38,925 nucleotides of DNA from an uncultured bacterium (GCA_963977445.1 CAXBPH010000029.1:1-38925); one strand, 5' to 3'. Counted from the stretch's first letter, positions 9,403 to 19,960 are shown. The notes: generated by a model from the sequence alone, not told the origin. Numbers and translations are program-made.

Positions 9403-12352
9403 TCGCATCGAAGTGGCCATGCAGACGTCTCAACCCGATCCCGCAGGGGACGCGGTGCGTCTGAAGCTGCACGAGGATTTGCACGTTACCGTGGAGTCTG
9501 TTCGGGTCATCCATGTGTACACCATCCATGCTGCGCTCGATGAAGCCGAATTGGAACTCGTGCGCACCGAACTTTTCACCGATCCGATCATAGAGACCTC
9601 CGCCATCGACCGCTCCCTGGCCCAGTCCTTCGATTATGTTGTCGAAGTGGGTTTCCGGCCCGGTGTTACCGACAATGTGGGCCGTAGTTCACTTGCGGGC
9701 GTGGAAGATGCCGTCGGCCGCAAGCTGGGTGATGGCGCTGCGGTGTTCAAGTCGACCCAGTATGTTATTCGTGGCATCTCGGCCGAAGATTGTGAGCGGG
9801 TAACCCGCCGTGCCCTGGCCAACGAACTCATTGAGCGGTGGGCCAGCAAGTCGCCCCTCGAAATGGCTGCATTGAATCACGCCCCTCTGTTGGACCTGCC
9901 CCTGGTCACCGATGCGAGTGATCCCACGGTTCACGAAATCAATCTGGAAGTAGATGGCGATGCCCTCGTGGCCTTGAGTCGTGAAATGATGCTGGCCCTG
10001 GAACTCCGGGAGATGGAAGCCATTCAGGCCCACTACCGCGATTCGGCCACCATTGCCATGCGTCGGGAAGCGGGCCTGCCCGAAAAGCCGACAGATATTG
10101 AGTTGGAAATTCTCGCCCAGACGTGGTCGGAACACTGCAAACATAAAATCTTTGCGGCCGATGTGGAATACACCGACGAGACCGGCAAAACGCGCACTAT
10201 CGATGGGCTCTTTAAGAACTATGTGAAGGCGACGACGGATATTGTTGCGAAAAAAGTGGACTGGCTCATCAGCGTATTCCACGATAACGCCGGTATCGTC
10301 CGCTTTACCGACGACTACCATTTTGCCCTCAAGGCCGAGACCCACAATAGTCCATCGGCGCTGGATCCCTACGGCGGTGCCATGACGGGCATCGTGGGCG
10401 TGAACCGGGATATTCTCGGTGCCGGCCAGGGGTGTCGTTGCATATTCAATACGGACGTCTTCTGTTTTGCCTCCCCAAATTTTGAGGGAGAAATCCCCGA
10501 CCGCCTCTTGCATCCCCGCCGTGTGTTGCGTGGCGTTCATCGTGGTGTGGTGGATGGTGGCAATGAAAGTGGTATTCCCACGGTCAACGGCGCCATCGTG
10601 TTTCATGAACGTTTTCTCGGCAAGCCCCTGGTCTTTGTCGGCACGGGTGGCCTGATTCCCGTCACCGTCAATGGCGTGCCCAGTGAAGAAAAAGCGGCAC
10701 GTCCCGGCGACAAAATCATTATGGCCGGTGGTCGCATCGGCAAAGATGGTATCCACGGCGCGACTTTCTCGTCGGAAGAACTTCACGAAGGCTCCCCGGC
10801 GACGGCGGTTCAGATTGGCGATCCCATCACCCAGAAAAAACTTGCCGATTTCCTTATGGAAGCGCGGGATCTGGGCCTCTACACCTGTGTCACCGATAAT
10901 GGTGCCGGTGGTCTTTCTTCCAGCATCGGTGAAATGGCGGAAAAGCCCGGTGGTGCCGAAATTTATCTCGACAAGTGTCCGTTGAAATATGCCGGCCTAG
11001 CCCCCTGGGAAATTTTCCTTTCCGAAGCCCAGGAACGCATGACCCTGGCCGTTGCCCCGGAAAAGGTGCAGACCCTCCTCGACCTGGCGGCCCGCCGTGA
11101 AGTGGAAGCGACCGATATCGGTGTCTTCAACGACTCCGGTCGACTGGATACGTACTACGATGGTGCACTGATTGGTGCCCTCACCATGGCGTTCCTCCAC
11201 GACGGTAATCCCAAGATGTGTCTGCCCGCCAAGCTGGAAGCAGTCAGCCTCCTGGCCCCCGTGCTGGAGGAAAAGACGGATCTGAACGACGATCTTAAGG
11301 CGGTCCTCGGCGCATTGAATGTGGCGAGCAAAGAGAGCTTTGTGCGCATGTATGACCACGAAGTTCAGGGGCACAGTGTGCTCAAGCCCTTCCAGGGCGA
11401 TAAATCCGATGGCCCCGGTAACGCGGGCGTCATGCGTCCCGACCCGAATTCGAAAAAAGGTATTGCCGTTGCCTGTGGCATTACGCCCAAGTATGCCGAC
11501 CTCGACGCCTACCATATGATGGCCTGTGCGATTGACGAGGCCGTGCGAAATCTGGTCGCCGTCGGTGCGAAAATGGGTACCATTGCGGGACTGGACAACT
11601 TTTGCTGGCCCGACCCCGTGGAGAGCGAAAAAACGCCGGACGGTGCCCACAAGATGGCCCAGTTGGTGCGGTGTTGTGAAGCGCTCAAGGAAACCTGTGT
11701 CGCCTACGATATTCCTCTTATCAGCGGCAAAGACAGCATGAAGAATGATTACAAGATCGGCGATACGAAAATATCCATACCGCCGACCGTACTCTTTACC
11801 GCGTCCGCTATTCTCGACGATGCGACCCAGGTTGTGTCGATGGATGTGAAGAAGCCGGGCGATGTGGTTTATGTGCTGGGTGAGACGAAAGACGAGTTGG
11901 GGGGGAGTGAGTTCCTCGCCCTCTCCGGCCAGTTGGGTGACACCGTGCCCACGGTCGACCCCGAAGGTGCCCGGGCCCGTTACGAAGCCCTCCACCAGGC
12001 TATCGCCACCGGACTGGTGGCTTCCTGCCACGATTGTTCCGATGGTGGTCTCGGTGCGGCGTTGGCGGAAACGGCCTTTGCCGGTGGCTTCGGCATGAAG
12101 ATCGATATCACGTCCCTGGGCGTGGCCAACGATCAGGTGACATTGTTCAGCGAAACCCAGAGCCGATTTGTTGCGACCGTGTCGCCGGACCACGTCAAGG
12201 CCTTTGAGGCACTGATGAATCCGACGGGCTGCTACCCCCTGGGTGCGGTGACGGAAGAGGCGCAGCTTGTCGTGACCGGTACCAACGGCATCGTCATTGA
12301 CGCACCGCTGGATGAGCTGAAGGCGGCCTGGCAGGCACCCCTGCACTATTGA
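9395..12352 (+). CDS. purL: FGAM synthase synthetase subunit with N-terminal PurS-like domains
   Basis: QTWSEHCKHK, KAETHNSPS, DNGAGG, SEAQERM, SGKDS, HDCSDGG; no glutaminase domain. Confidence 0.96.
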   Translation: MANRIEVAMQTSQPDPAGDAVRLKLHEDLHVTVESVRVIHVYTIHAALDEAELELVRTELFTDPIIETSAIDRSLAQSFDYVVEVGFRPGVTDNVGRSSLAGVEDAVGRKLGDGAAVFKSTQYVIRGISAEDCERVTRRALANELIERWASKSPLEMAALNHAPLLDLPLVTDASDPTVHEINLEVDGDALVALSREMMLALELREMEAIQAHYRDSATIAMRREAGLPEKPTDIELEILAQTWSEHCKHKIFAADVEYTDETGKTRTIDGLFKNYVKATTDIVAKKVDWLISVFHDNAGIVRFTDDYHFALKAETHNSPSALDPYGGAMTGIVGVNRDILGAGQGCRCIFNTDVFCFASPNFEGEIPDRLLHPRRVLRGVHRGVVDGGNESGIPTVNGAIVFHERFLGKPLVFVGTGGLIPVTVNGVPSEEKAARPGDKIIMAGGRIGKDGIHGATFSSEELHEGSPATAVQIGDPITQKKLADFLMEARDLGLYTCVTDNGAGGLSSSIGEMAEKPGGAEIYLDKCPLKYAGLAPWEIFLSEAQERMTLAVAPEKVQTLLDLAARREVEATDIGVFNDSGRLDTYYDGALIGALTMAFLHDGNPKMCLPAKLEAVSLLAPVLEEKTDLNDDLKAVLGALNVASKESFVRMYDHEVQGHSVLKPFQGDKSDGPGNAGVMRPDPNSKKGIAVACGITPKYADLDAYHMMACAIDEAVRNLVAVGAKMGTIAGLDNFCWPDPVESEKTPDGAHKMAQLVRCCEALKETCVAYDIPLISGKDSMKNDYKIGDTKISIPPTVLFTASAILDDATQVVSMDVKKPGDVVYVLGETKDELGGSEFLALSGQLGDTVPTVDPEGARARYEALHQAIATGLVASCHDCSDGGLGAALAETAFAGGFGMKIDITSLGVANDQVTLFSETQSRFVATVSPDHVKAFEALMNPTGCYPLGAVTEEAQLVVTGTNGIVIDAPLDELKAAWQAPLHY

Positions 12353-12523
12353 GTGTGCGGGTTGCTCCGCATGGCATTCCCACCCAAGTGGGGATGGGGT
12401 CGTTCCCAGGAACGACGGTGCGGAAGAAGGAATGGTAGAAATTAACGTCATCCCCGCCTATGGCGGAATTGGGATAAACGATAGTGATGCGCCCACAAGG
12501 CGCTCACTGAAGGAGACACAATC

Positions 12524-13315
12524 GTGTCGGTAAACGCACTGGTAATCACCGGATTCGGCATTAACTGCGATCGGGAAACGGCGCTGGCCTTTGAAATGGC
12601 CGGGGCCGTGGCGGAGCGGGTTCACCTCAATGATCTCGCCGAAGCGCCGGGTCGCATGGCGGACTACCAAATCCTCGCCATTCCCGGGGGATTTTCCTTC
12701 GGTGACGACGTGGCTTCGGGCCGTATCCTGGCCAACCGGCTGCGTCACCGTCTCGGTGCGCCGTTGAAGGAGTTTGTTGCGGCGGGAAAACTGGCCATCG
12801 GCATCTGCAACGGCTTTCAGGTAATGGTGAAGATGGGACTGCTGCCCTTTTTCGAGGGAGAATTCACGCAGGAAGTTACCCTGACCCACAACAATGCCGG
12901 CCGTTTCGATAACCGCTGGGTCAACCTGAATGTGGATCCCGCATCCAATTGCGTTTGGCTCAAGGGAATCAAGACCCTCGAAGTGCCTATCCGTCACGGC
13001 GAAGGAAAATTTATTCCCCGGGACGATGCGACCCTGACCCGTCTATGCGACCAGGGCCAGGTTGCGCTGCGTTATGCCCATGCCGACGGCACCCTGGCGG
13101 CCGGGGACTTCCCCGCCAATCCAAATGGATCCGTGGACGATGTCGCGGGAATCAGTGACCCAACGGGCCGGATTTTCGGCCTCATGCCCCACCCGGAGGC
13201 CTTCCTTCATCGGACCAACCACCCCCGGTGGACCCGCGAAAGCCTGCCGGAAACGGGAGCCGGTCTCCAGCCTTTTACGAACGCTGTGGAATTTGCCCAG
13301 GCCAATCTGGTGTAG
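12524..13315 (+). CDS. purQ: FGAM synthase glutaminase subunit
   Basis: GINCDRE, PGGFSFGD, GICNGFQ (catalytic Cys), HGEG, MPHPE; GAAGGAG RBS before GTG. Confidence 0.97.
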   Translation: MSVNALVITGFGINCDRETALAFEMAGAVAERVHLNDLAEAPGRMADYQILAIPGGFSFGDDVASGRILANRLRHRLGAPLKEFVAAGKLAIGICNGFQVMVKMGLLPFFEGEFTQEVTLTHNNAGRFDNRWVNLNVDPASNCVWLKGIKTLEVPIRHGEGKFIPRDDATLTRLCDQGQVALRYAHADGTLAAGDFPANPNGSVDDVAGISDPTGRIFGLMPHPEAFLHRTNHPRWTRESLPETGAGLQPFTNAVEFAQANLV

Positions 13316-13323
13316 CAGATCGC

Positions 13324-13758
13324 TCAGAGCGTCTCGCCAAAAGCATCGAGGACCCGTTTGCCGTCCACGGTGCATTGCTCCGACACGCAACGACCACTTT
13401 CCGTCTGTTTCCAGGTGGCATCCGTCTGGCGGGCATAGAAAAACTCGTAGCCCTCAATGGCGGTGACTTTTTCCGGTGATTCGTGCTCCACATAGACGGA
13501 GACCTTCCCGATAGCCGCCCCAAACAATACATAGGGCTTTGCTACTACGACTTCGGCCCCGATGCGTCCAACCGGAGTGGGCAAACCTTTGCCGACCGCG
13601 GGGCGGAACTCTTCGATTTTCGTGTTCGCGAGGTCGCTGAGCTCCTGCTGGAGGTGTTGCAGCTGCCACTGATTCACGCCCCAGGCGATAGCCAGTGTCG
13701 CGAGGCACAAGAGTCCGACGCGCAATGCGTTGCCTGGTGAAGTCTTCGTTTCCGTCAT
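13324..13758 (-). CDS. Hypothetical single-pass membrane or exported protein
   Basis: Hydrophobic segment VGLLCLATLAIAWGV; C-terminal CVSEQC; fills the gap between purQ and the AT-rich promoter region. Confidence 0.7.
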   Translation of the reverse strand: MTETKTSPGNALRVGLLCLATLAIAWGVNQWQLQHLQQELSDLANTKIEEFRPAVGKGLPTPVGRIGAEVVVAKPYVLFGAAIGKVSVYVEHESPEKVTAIEGYEFFYARQTDATWKQTESGRCVSEQCTVDGKRVLDAFGETL

Positions 13759-14009
13759 TGCGCTCGTTCTCCCGGGCCCCAAAGGCCTCAATCCCACCCC
13801 CTTGTATTCGTGATGCGCTGCTATTCATACCGGATTCAGACGGGAAAAGTATGCTTTTCTCCTGCCTCATAAGTTCTAATACAGAAAAATGCGATTTGAT
13901 GCTATCATACGTATAATAGAGTCTGGTAGTGATAGGTCCATCGCGCGTGGCTCTTCGGTCGTCCGTGACCTGCTACGCGCTGGACATTGGTTTATCATCA
14001 GGAATTATA

Positions 14010-15131
14010 GTGTCGCAAGAGACGTATGAGTATATAGACACACAGGTTGCGTGGGACCGGTGCCTTGAGCTGTTGAACCGCGAACTCCGCGTTGCTGTTG
14101 ATCTCGAGGCCAATAGTCTCTTTGTCTACCGTGAACAAGTCTGCCTTATCCAATTGACGATTCCAGGTCGGGATTTCATTGTCGATCCCCTGGCCGGGCT
14201 GGATTTGTCGGGCTTTGGTGAATTGCTCGCCAACGAGCGCATTGAGAAGGTGTTTCACGCCTGCGAATATGACCTCATGCTCTTGAAACGGGACTATGAC
14301 TGGCAACTGTGCAATCTCTTCGATACCATGTGGGCGGCCCGGGTTCTGGGCTTCAAACACATGGGTCTGGCTTGGTTCCTTCATGAGTTCTACGACGTAA
14401 AAGTCAGCAAGAAATACCAGAAAGCCAATTGGGGGTTACGGCCTATCCAGCCCGAACTGCTGGCCTATGCCCAGGGGGATACCCACCACCTGCTCGATCT
14501 ACGGGATGATTTGGCCCTCCGCCTGGAGGAAGCCGATCAGATGATCGAAGCCCTGGAAATCTTCGAAAACCAATGTATCGTCCGATTGCCCGATCAGGAA
14601 TTCAGTCCGGATGGGTTTTGGACCATTCGGGGTGCCCGAACCATGGCCCCGCAGCATCAGGCCGTACTCAAGGCCCTCTACGTGTTTCGCGACGAAGAGG
14701 CCCGCCGTCGTGATCAGCCCGCCTTTAAGGTTCTGAATAATGAAGGCCTTATCGGTATGGCAACAACGCTGCCGGATAACAAAAAAGACCTTGCCGATAT
14801 CCGTGGCGTCGGTCCTCGAAATATGGACCGGTATGCCAACCGATTGCTGGAAATCATCAAGGCCGCCCAGCATGATCCGGCACCGGAACGACCCAAACGT
14901 AAGAAACGCCCCGACCCGAAAGCGGCCGATCGATTTGAGCGCTTGTCCCAGTGGCGTCGTGATCGCGCTATTGCCCGGGGGGTAGAATCCGATGTGATTC
15001 TCTCTCGGGAAACCATGTGGGATATTGCCCGGGGAAACCCCAACTCCCTGGACGACCTCGCACAGATTCCCGGAATTGGGCCGTGTCGATTGGACTTGCA
15101 TGGCGAAGATATTCTGGGTGAACTGACCTGA
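14010..15131 (+). CDS. rnd: Ribonuclease D-like 3'-5' exonuclease with two HRDC domains
   Basis: AVDLEAN, CLIQL, KVFHACEYD, FDTMWAA, YAQGDT; two HRDC-like segments ending IRGVGP and IPGIGP; GTG start inferred from RBS. Confidence 0.88.
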   Translation: MSQETYEYIDTQVAWDRCLELLNRELRVAVDLEANSLFVYREQVCLIQLTIPGRDFIVDPLAGLDLSGFGELLANERIEKVFHACEYDLMLLKRDYDWQLCNLFDTMWAARVLGFKHMGLAWFLHEFYDVKVSKKYQKANWGLRPIQPELLAYAQGDTHHLLDLRDDLALRLEEADQMIEALEIFENQCIVRLPDQEFSPDGFWTIRGARTMAPQHQAVLKALYVFRDEEARRRDQPAFKVLNNEGLIGMATTLPDNKKDLADIRGVGPRNMDRYANRLLEIIKAAQHDPAPERPKRKKRPDPKAADRFERLSQWRRDRAIARGVESDVILSRETMWDIARGNPNSLDDLAQIPGIGPCRLDLHGEDILGELT

Positions 15132-15246
15132 TTGGATCGCCGCCCCCCGTTCATAGCGCTTCGGTTGACCCCGTCGGGTGTGCTACAGTGCGGCCTGTGG
15201 GAGGGTGAGTGAATATGTCCGGTTGTATCCGAATACCCTATCGAGA

Positions 15247-16596
15247 ATGACAATGCTGGTCTCCCCCGACCCCGAAAACTTACACACCGTATCCCAAGAA
15301 GAAATCAATCCACGGCTGGCGAAAGTTGCCCAACTGGAGACGATTCTCCTTGTCGCCCGTTATTTTGTTGTCGGGCTCTACGGAGTGCTCTTCTACAGAG
15401 AGCAGGCGCCCTTCGAAAGTCTTGGCATGATTTGCCTGGCGACTTTCTACCTGACGCACAATGTGGCGATCCATATAATTGGATTTACCCACCGCCATCG
15501 CCTTTATCTTCATCGCGTCAATCTATTGGTGCACATTGTGCAATGCACCATCCTCGTGACCTTGACGGGGGCCGAAAACAGTCCCTTCACCATGCTCTAT
15601 GTCTTCATTTTGCTGGCCCAGGTGATTTATGCGCCTCACTTTCGCCATATTCACACGGTAATGCTCGCCTGCGCCGTGTCCATTCTGGCCGCGGCGACGG
15701 CCCATGCCGTGGTTTTCACCGTGGCCCCCTCGTGGCTCCGTTTGGCGGTAACGCTGAGTGGCGTCGTGTTTTGCTATGGACTTATCCGCTCCCTGGCCAA
15801 CCTGCTCTACACGATTGAGTTGGGCCTTCAGACCCGGGCCCAGGAACTGGCGTCCTCTAAGATTACCCTCCGCACCATTCTCGACTCGGCTGGTGGCGCG
15901 ATCATCGTGTATGACGAGAACGAATTTATTACGGAGACCAATGCCCGCGCCTGCGAATTTTTCAAATGCCCGCGAGAAGAATTGTTGGGGATGCGTTTTC
16001 GCCAGTTCTTTTTTGATGATGGCACCCTTCCTGGAAAATTGGCCACCTTGAAGTCGCGCGGCGAGTACCAGGGCGAGCTGCTTGCCGTCTTGCCCGAAGG
16101 GGATGAGTTCAACGTTTCTCTCTCCGTGCGGACCTTTATCCGCGAAGGCCGCCGCTACTACGTTGCCCTGGTCCACGATGTGACCGAGCAGAAACACCTG
16201 CAGGAAGCGACCCGCCGGGCCAATATTCGGCTGGAACAAATCAACCGGGAGCTTCAGGAGGTAGATGCCCTGCGCAATGCCTTTTTTGGCGCCGTTTCTC
16301 AACGCCTGCGCTCGCCCTTGTCCGCTATCCTCGGCTACACCAACTTACTTCTCGATGAAGAGTTGGGCACCTTGAATGCGGAGCAGCGCAAGGCCCTGCA
16401 AAGTTGTCGCCGAAGTGTTGGTCGGGTTTTTGGTCTGGTCGACGAGGCCTTTGAAGAGCGGGGGAGCACGGGTCTGGATAGCGTGCCCGAACGTTCCGAG
16501 CTTCCCGATCGGGGAGTGGGGGAAGGGCATGTCTCTGATGCGGCTATACCGCAACAGGTGGCCCAAAAGGACCAATCCCTGCCTGGACAGTACTAG
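15247..16596 (+). CDS. Multi-TM PAS-domain protein with degenerate HisKA domain and no HATPase domain
   Basis: About 5-6 TM helices; PAS (ILDSAGGAIIVYD...NARACEFF...HDVTEQK); coiled coil; H-box-like VSQRLRSPLSAILGY; start uncertain. Confidence 0.85.
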   Translation: MTMLVSPDPENLHTVSQEEINPRLAKVAQLETILLVARYFVVGLYGVLFYREQAPFESLGMICLATFYLTHNVAIHIIGFTHRHRLYLHRVNLLVHIVQCTILVTLTGAENSPFTMLYVFILLAQVIYAPHFRHIHTVMLACAVSILAAATAHAVVFTVAPSWLRLAVTLSGVVFCYGLIRSLANLLYTIELGLQTRAQELASSKITLRTILDSAGGAIIVYDENEFITETNARACEFFKCPREELLGMRFRQFFFDDGTLPGKLATLKSRGEYQGELLAVLPEGDEFNVSLSVRTFIREGRRYYVALVHDVTEQKHLQEATRRANIRLEQINRELQEVDALRNAFFGAVSQRLRSPLSAILGYTNLLLDEELGTLNAEQRKALQSCRRSVGRVFGLVDEAFEERGSTGLDSVPERSELPDRGVGEGHVSDAAIPQQVAQKDQSLPGQY

Positions 16597-16699
16597 GCTA
16601 TTGATCCCGAATCGATGGGCGTGAGACAATATGGCCCCCCGGTAAACCCCTCGCAGGTTATCGCACAATGTGCCACTGAATCAGGAAGGAATTTCCACC

Positions 16700-17926
16700 A
16701 TGTCCGAACTACAAGGCAAGGCTCTCGTCGCTCAGGGCGGCGGACCCACAGCTGTTATCAACCAGAGTTTCGTAGGCGCCGTCCTCGAAGCGCGTAAATC
16801 TCCCCACGTAACCCACGTCTATGGTGCCCTTCATGGTGTGAACGGTATCATCAACGAAAACTTTATTGATCTCACCCAGGCGACGACCCACAACCTGGAA
16901 GCCGTTGCACAGACGCCGTCCTCCGGATTGCTCTCCACCCGTGATAAGCCCGATGTGGCCTACTGTCGCCGAATTTTTGAAATCTGCAAGCTGCACGGCA
17001 TCCGCTACTTCATGTATTGCGGTGGCAACGACAGCGCCGACACCTGCCGTATCGTGAATGAAGAATCCAACAAGGCGGGCTATGAACTGCGGGTCATCCA
17101 CATTCCAAAGACCATCGACAACGACCTGCTTGTTACGGATCACTGTCCTGGATTCGGTTCCGCCGCCCGCTACGTGGCCCAGGCCTTCGCCGGTGTGAAT
17201 CTCGACAACCGCGCGCTTCCGGGTGTTTATCTCGGAATCATTATGGGACGTCACGCCGGCTTCCTTACGGCAGCTTCCTGCATGGCTCGGAAATACCCGG
17301 ACGACGGTCCCCACCTTATCTATCTTCCCGAGCGTCCCCTTACCAAGAAGCAGTTCGTCAGCGATATTAAAGCGGTATACAAAAAGTATGGCCGTTGTAT
17401 CGTCGCGGTTTCGGAAGGTGTGGTAGACGCCAAAGGAAAAGCCATTGCCGAACAGTTTACCGGTGGCGAACGGGATGCCCACGGCAACGTGCAGCTTTCC
17501 GGTACGGGTGCCCTGGGCGATCTGCTCAGCTCCTGGGTAAAAGAAGGCACCGATATCTCCCGCGTCCGCGCGGATACGCTGGGTTACATCCAGCGCAGCT
17601 TCCTGGGTTGCGTCAGTGAGACCGATGCCCGCGAAGCCCGTGAAGTGGGCGAGAAGGCCGCTCAGTACGCCATCTGGCACAATCTGGATGGCTCCGTGGC
17701 CATGCGTCGTGTCGGTGACTATGCGATTGAGTATTTCCTCACGCCCCTCGAAACGGTTGCCCGCAATAGCCGCGAAATGCCCGCTAAGTTCATCAACAAG
17801 GCCGGTAATGACGTTACGGATGCGTTCCGCAACTATGTTCGCCCCCTGGTCGGTGAGCTGCCTGTGCTGGAACGGATTCATGCACCCATGGTGCCCAAAA
17901 TCGCGGCCAAGGGCAAAAAGAAATAG
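16700..17926 (+). CDS. pfp: Phosphofructokinase family protein, probably PPi-dependent
   Basis: QGGGPTAVIN, GGNDS, PKTIDNDL, MGRHAG; Asp in GGxD and Lys in PKTIDND are the PPi-type signature. Confidence 0.88.
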   Translation: MSELQGKALVAQGGGPTAVINQSFVGAVLEARKSPHVTHVYGALHGVNGIINENFIDLTQATTHNLEAVAQTPSSGLLSTRDKPDVAYCRRIFEICKLHGIRYFMYCGGNDSADTCRIVNEESNKAGYELRVIHIPKTIDNDLLVTDHCPGFGSAARYVAQAFAGVNLDNRALPGVYLGIIMGRHAGFLTAASCMARKYPDDGPHLIYLPERPLTKKQFVSDIKAVYKKYGRCIVAVSEGVVDAKGKAIAEQFTGGERDAHGNVQLSGTGALGDLLSSWVKEGTDISRVRADTLGYIQRSFLGCVSETDAREAREVGEKAAQYAIWHNLDGSVAMRRVGDYAIEYFLTPLETVARNSREMPAKFINKAGNDVTDAFRNYVRPLVGELPVLERIHAPMVPKIAAKGKKK

Positions 17927-17959
17927 TCCTGACCCCCTGGTTAGCATACGTATCACGCT

Positions 17960-18000
17960 ATCGCCGGTCATGTGCAGTTGCATGACCGGCGATTTTTCTT
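17960..18000 (+). terminator. Intrinsic terminator after pfp
   Basis: 13-bp perfect stem ATCGCCGGTCATG/CATGACCGGCGAT followed by TTTTCTT. Confidence 0.8.
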
Positions 18001-18203
18001 GGAACAAGGGGAAATGTAATTTCTGGTCCCCGGGCCACCATGGGAAAGCACGGACGTTCCGGGGTTGAATCATGATGCCTCCCGCGCTTCGCAGGCCATC
18101 CAAAGCACACGGATCGGGCGCTGCATTGAATAGAACCTACCGGCAGTTCTATCCTTCCGGGATGGCCGTTCCGTCAAAGCCCAGCATACTGAGGAGAGAA
18201 TCC

Positions 18204-19079
18204 ATGCCCCGTGACGAAGATATCAATTGGTTGAAGATGACCCTTCGGGCGACTTTTCCCTATCTCGTGTTTGTAGCTGTGTTTGTCTTGGGTACGCTCG
18301 TCGTTATCCTCTGGGCATCCAGCGAGACCCTTTCTGATGGAGCGGTCGTGCCGCTGGAACGGGCCCACGCCCACAACGATTACCTTCATACACAACCACT
18401 GACCGATGCGCTGGACCGAGGGTTTTGCAGCGTGGAGGCCGATATTTACCTTATTGATGGGGCCTTGCTGGTGGCGCACGATCGGGACAAGGTAGCGAAG
18501 GAAAAAACGCTGGAGGCCCTTTATCTTGAGCCGCTATGGAAGCGCTTTAAGGCCCAGGGAAGCATCTTCCAGACAGCGGCTCCCGTGACCCTTCTCATCG
18601 ACATCAAGAGCGAGGGAGAAAGCACCTTCGCGGCCTTGAATACCGCGTTAACACCTTATGCGCCCATGTTGACTCACTTTACGCCTGCGGAGACCAACGC
18701 AGGTGCCGTGACCGTCATCATCTCGGGGAATCGGGCGGTTGACGCCATTCTGGCCACCTCACCCCGTCTCGCCGGGGTCGATGGGCGCCTTTCTGATTTG
18801 GAAGGCTCGCGGACGGCGCAGGAGTTCCCCCTCATCAGCGATAACTGGACGAACCATTTCAGTTGGCGTGGAGAAGGTCCACTGCCCGATGCCGAGAAAG
18901 AAAAGCTCCTGGATATCGTGTCCCGCACCCATGCCAAGGGAATGCGTCTTCGATTCTGGGCCACACCGCAACGTGATGTGGTGTGGAAGGCCCTCTATGA
19001 CGCGGGCGTGGATTTGCTGAATGCGGATGATCTGGATGGGTTACGGAATCTGATACTTGGGGCGTCGACCGCCGAATAA
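18204..19079 (+). CDS. Membrane-anchored PI-PLC/GDPD-superfamily phosphodiesterase-like protein
   Basis: N-terminal TM helix; AHAHNDY, SVEADI, LLVAHD, LLIDIK, RLRFWA; GAGGAG RBS. Confidence 0.8.
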   Translation: MPRDEDINWLKMTLRATFPYLVFVAVFVLGTLVVILWASSETLSDGAVVPLERAHAHNDYLHTQPLTDALDRGFCSVEADIYLIDGALLVAHDRDKVAKEKTLEALYLEPLWKRFKAQGSIFQTAAPVTLLIDIKSEGESTFAALNTALTPYAPMLTHFTPAETNAGAVTVIISGNRAVDAILATSPRLAGVDGRLSDLEGSRTAQEFPLISDNWTNHFSWRGEGPLPDAEKEKLLDIVSRTHAKGMRLRFWATPQRDVVWKALYDAGVDLLNADDLDGLRNLILGASTAE

Positions 19080-19126
19080 CGTCGGACGATGTTCTGTCTT
19101 CTACAACAACATTCAGACAGGGCGAG

Positions 19127-19855
19127 ATGCTTTTTAAAAACGATGTAGTACTCACCAATGACGACGGTATCGATGCGGCGGGGCTCAGTGCCCTGGCCAA
19201 GGCGCTGACGCCACTGATTGACGGCACCCTCTATGTGGTAGCGCCCTCGAAAGGCTATTCAGGCTGTAGCCAGCAGGTGACCATGGACAGTCCCCTGTCG
19301 GTGGCGTCCCTGGGCAATAATCGCTTTGCCGTAGACGGTTCGCCGGCCGACTGTGTTCGCCTTGCCCTGACCCATCTTGCGCCGAGCTGTGGGCTGGTGC
19401 TTTCCGGCATCAATCACGGGGGGAACATGGGGCACGATATTCTACTCTCCGGAACCGTCGGGGCCGCACGGGAAAGCGCCATGCTTGGCGTAAGTGCCAT
19501 TGCACTGTCCCAATATTTTCACGGTCGGGCCGAAAGTAACAACTGGTCGGTTTCTGTGGAGAAGGCCCTGGTCGCCCTCCGTGCCATTGGGTCACAAGGC
19601 GTGGGGGACGGGGCACTGTGGAACATTAACTTGCCCCACGGAGCTCAGCCCGAAGGTGGGTCGGACGTCGTGTTTTGTACGCCATGTACGGCGACCTTGC
19701 CGGTAGCCTATACCCGGGTGGGAGACGTGTTTCAATATGATGGCTCGCGGTACCACGAACGGGCGCAATTGCCCGGCACCGATGTGAGCGCCTGCTTCGG
19801 GGGAGCTATCGCCATTTCCCGCCTCGCCGTGGGCCCCCGTTCACTGGGGCATTAG
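19127..19855 (+). CDS. surE: 5'/3'-nucleotidase SurE
   Basis: VLTNDDG, VVAP, GSPADCV, SGINHGGNMG, SGTVGAARE. Confidence 0.93.
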   Translation: MLFKNDVVLTNDDGIDAAGLSALAKALTPLIDGTLYVVAPSKGYSGCSQQVTMDSPLSVASLGNNRFAVDGSPADCVRLALTHLAPSCGLVLSGINHGGNMGHDILLSGTVGAARESAMLGVSAIALSQYFHGRAESNNWSVSVEKALVALRAIGSQGVGDGALWNINLPHGAQPEGGSDVVFCTPCTATLPVAYTRVGDVFQYDGSRYHERAQLPGTDVSACFGGAIAISRLAVGPRSLGH

Positions 19856-19960
19856 CAACCCCTCGGCGCATTGCGGTACTCATGGGGGATTCAGTATTCT
19901 TGGTCAAGACATGGACACGTCTTGTGTCGTGTGATTGACTTACGATGGAATGTTTCTCCC

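Noticed and set aside
16440..16700. Frameshift-truncated kinase pseudogene
   Set aside because: No HATPase motifs seen in other frames and too little space before pfp
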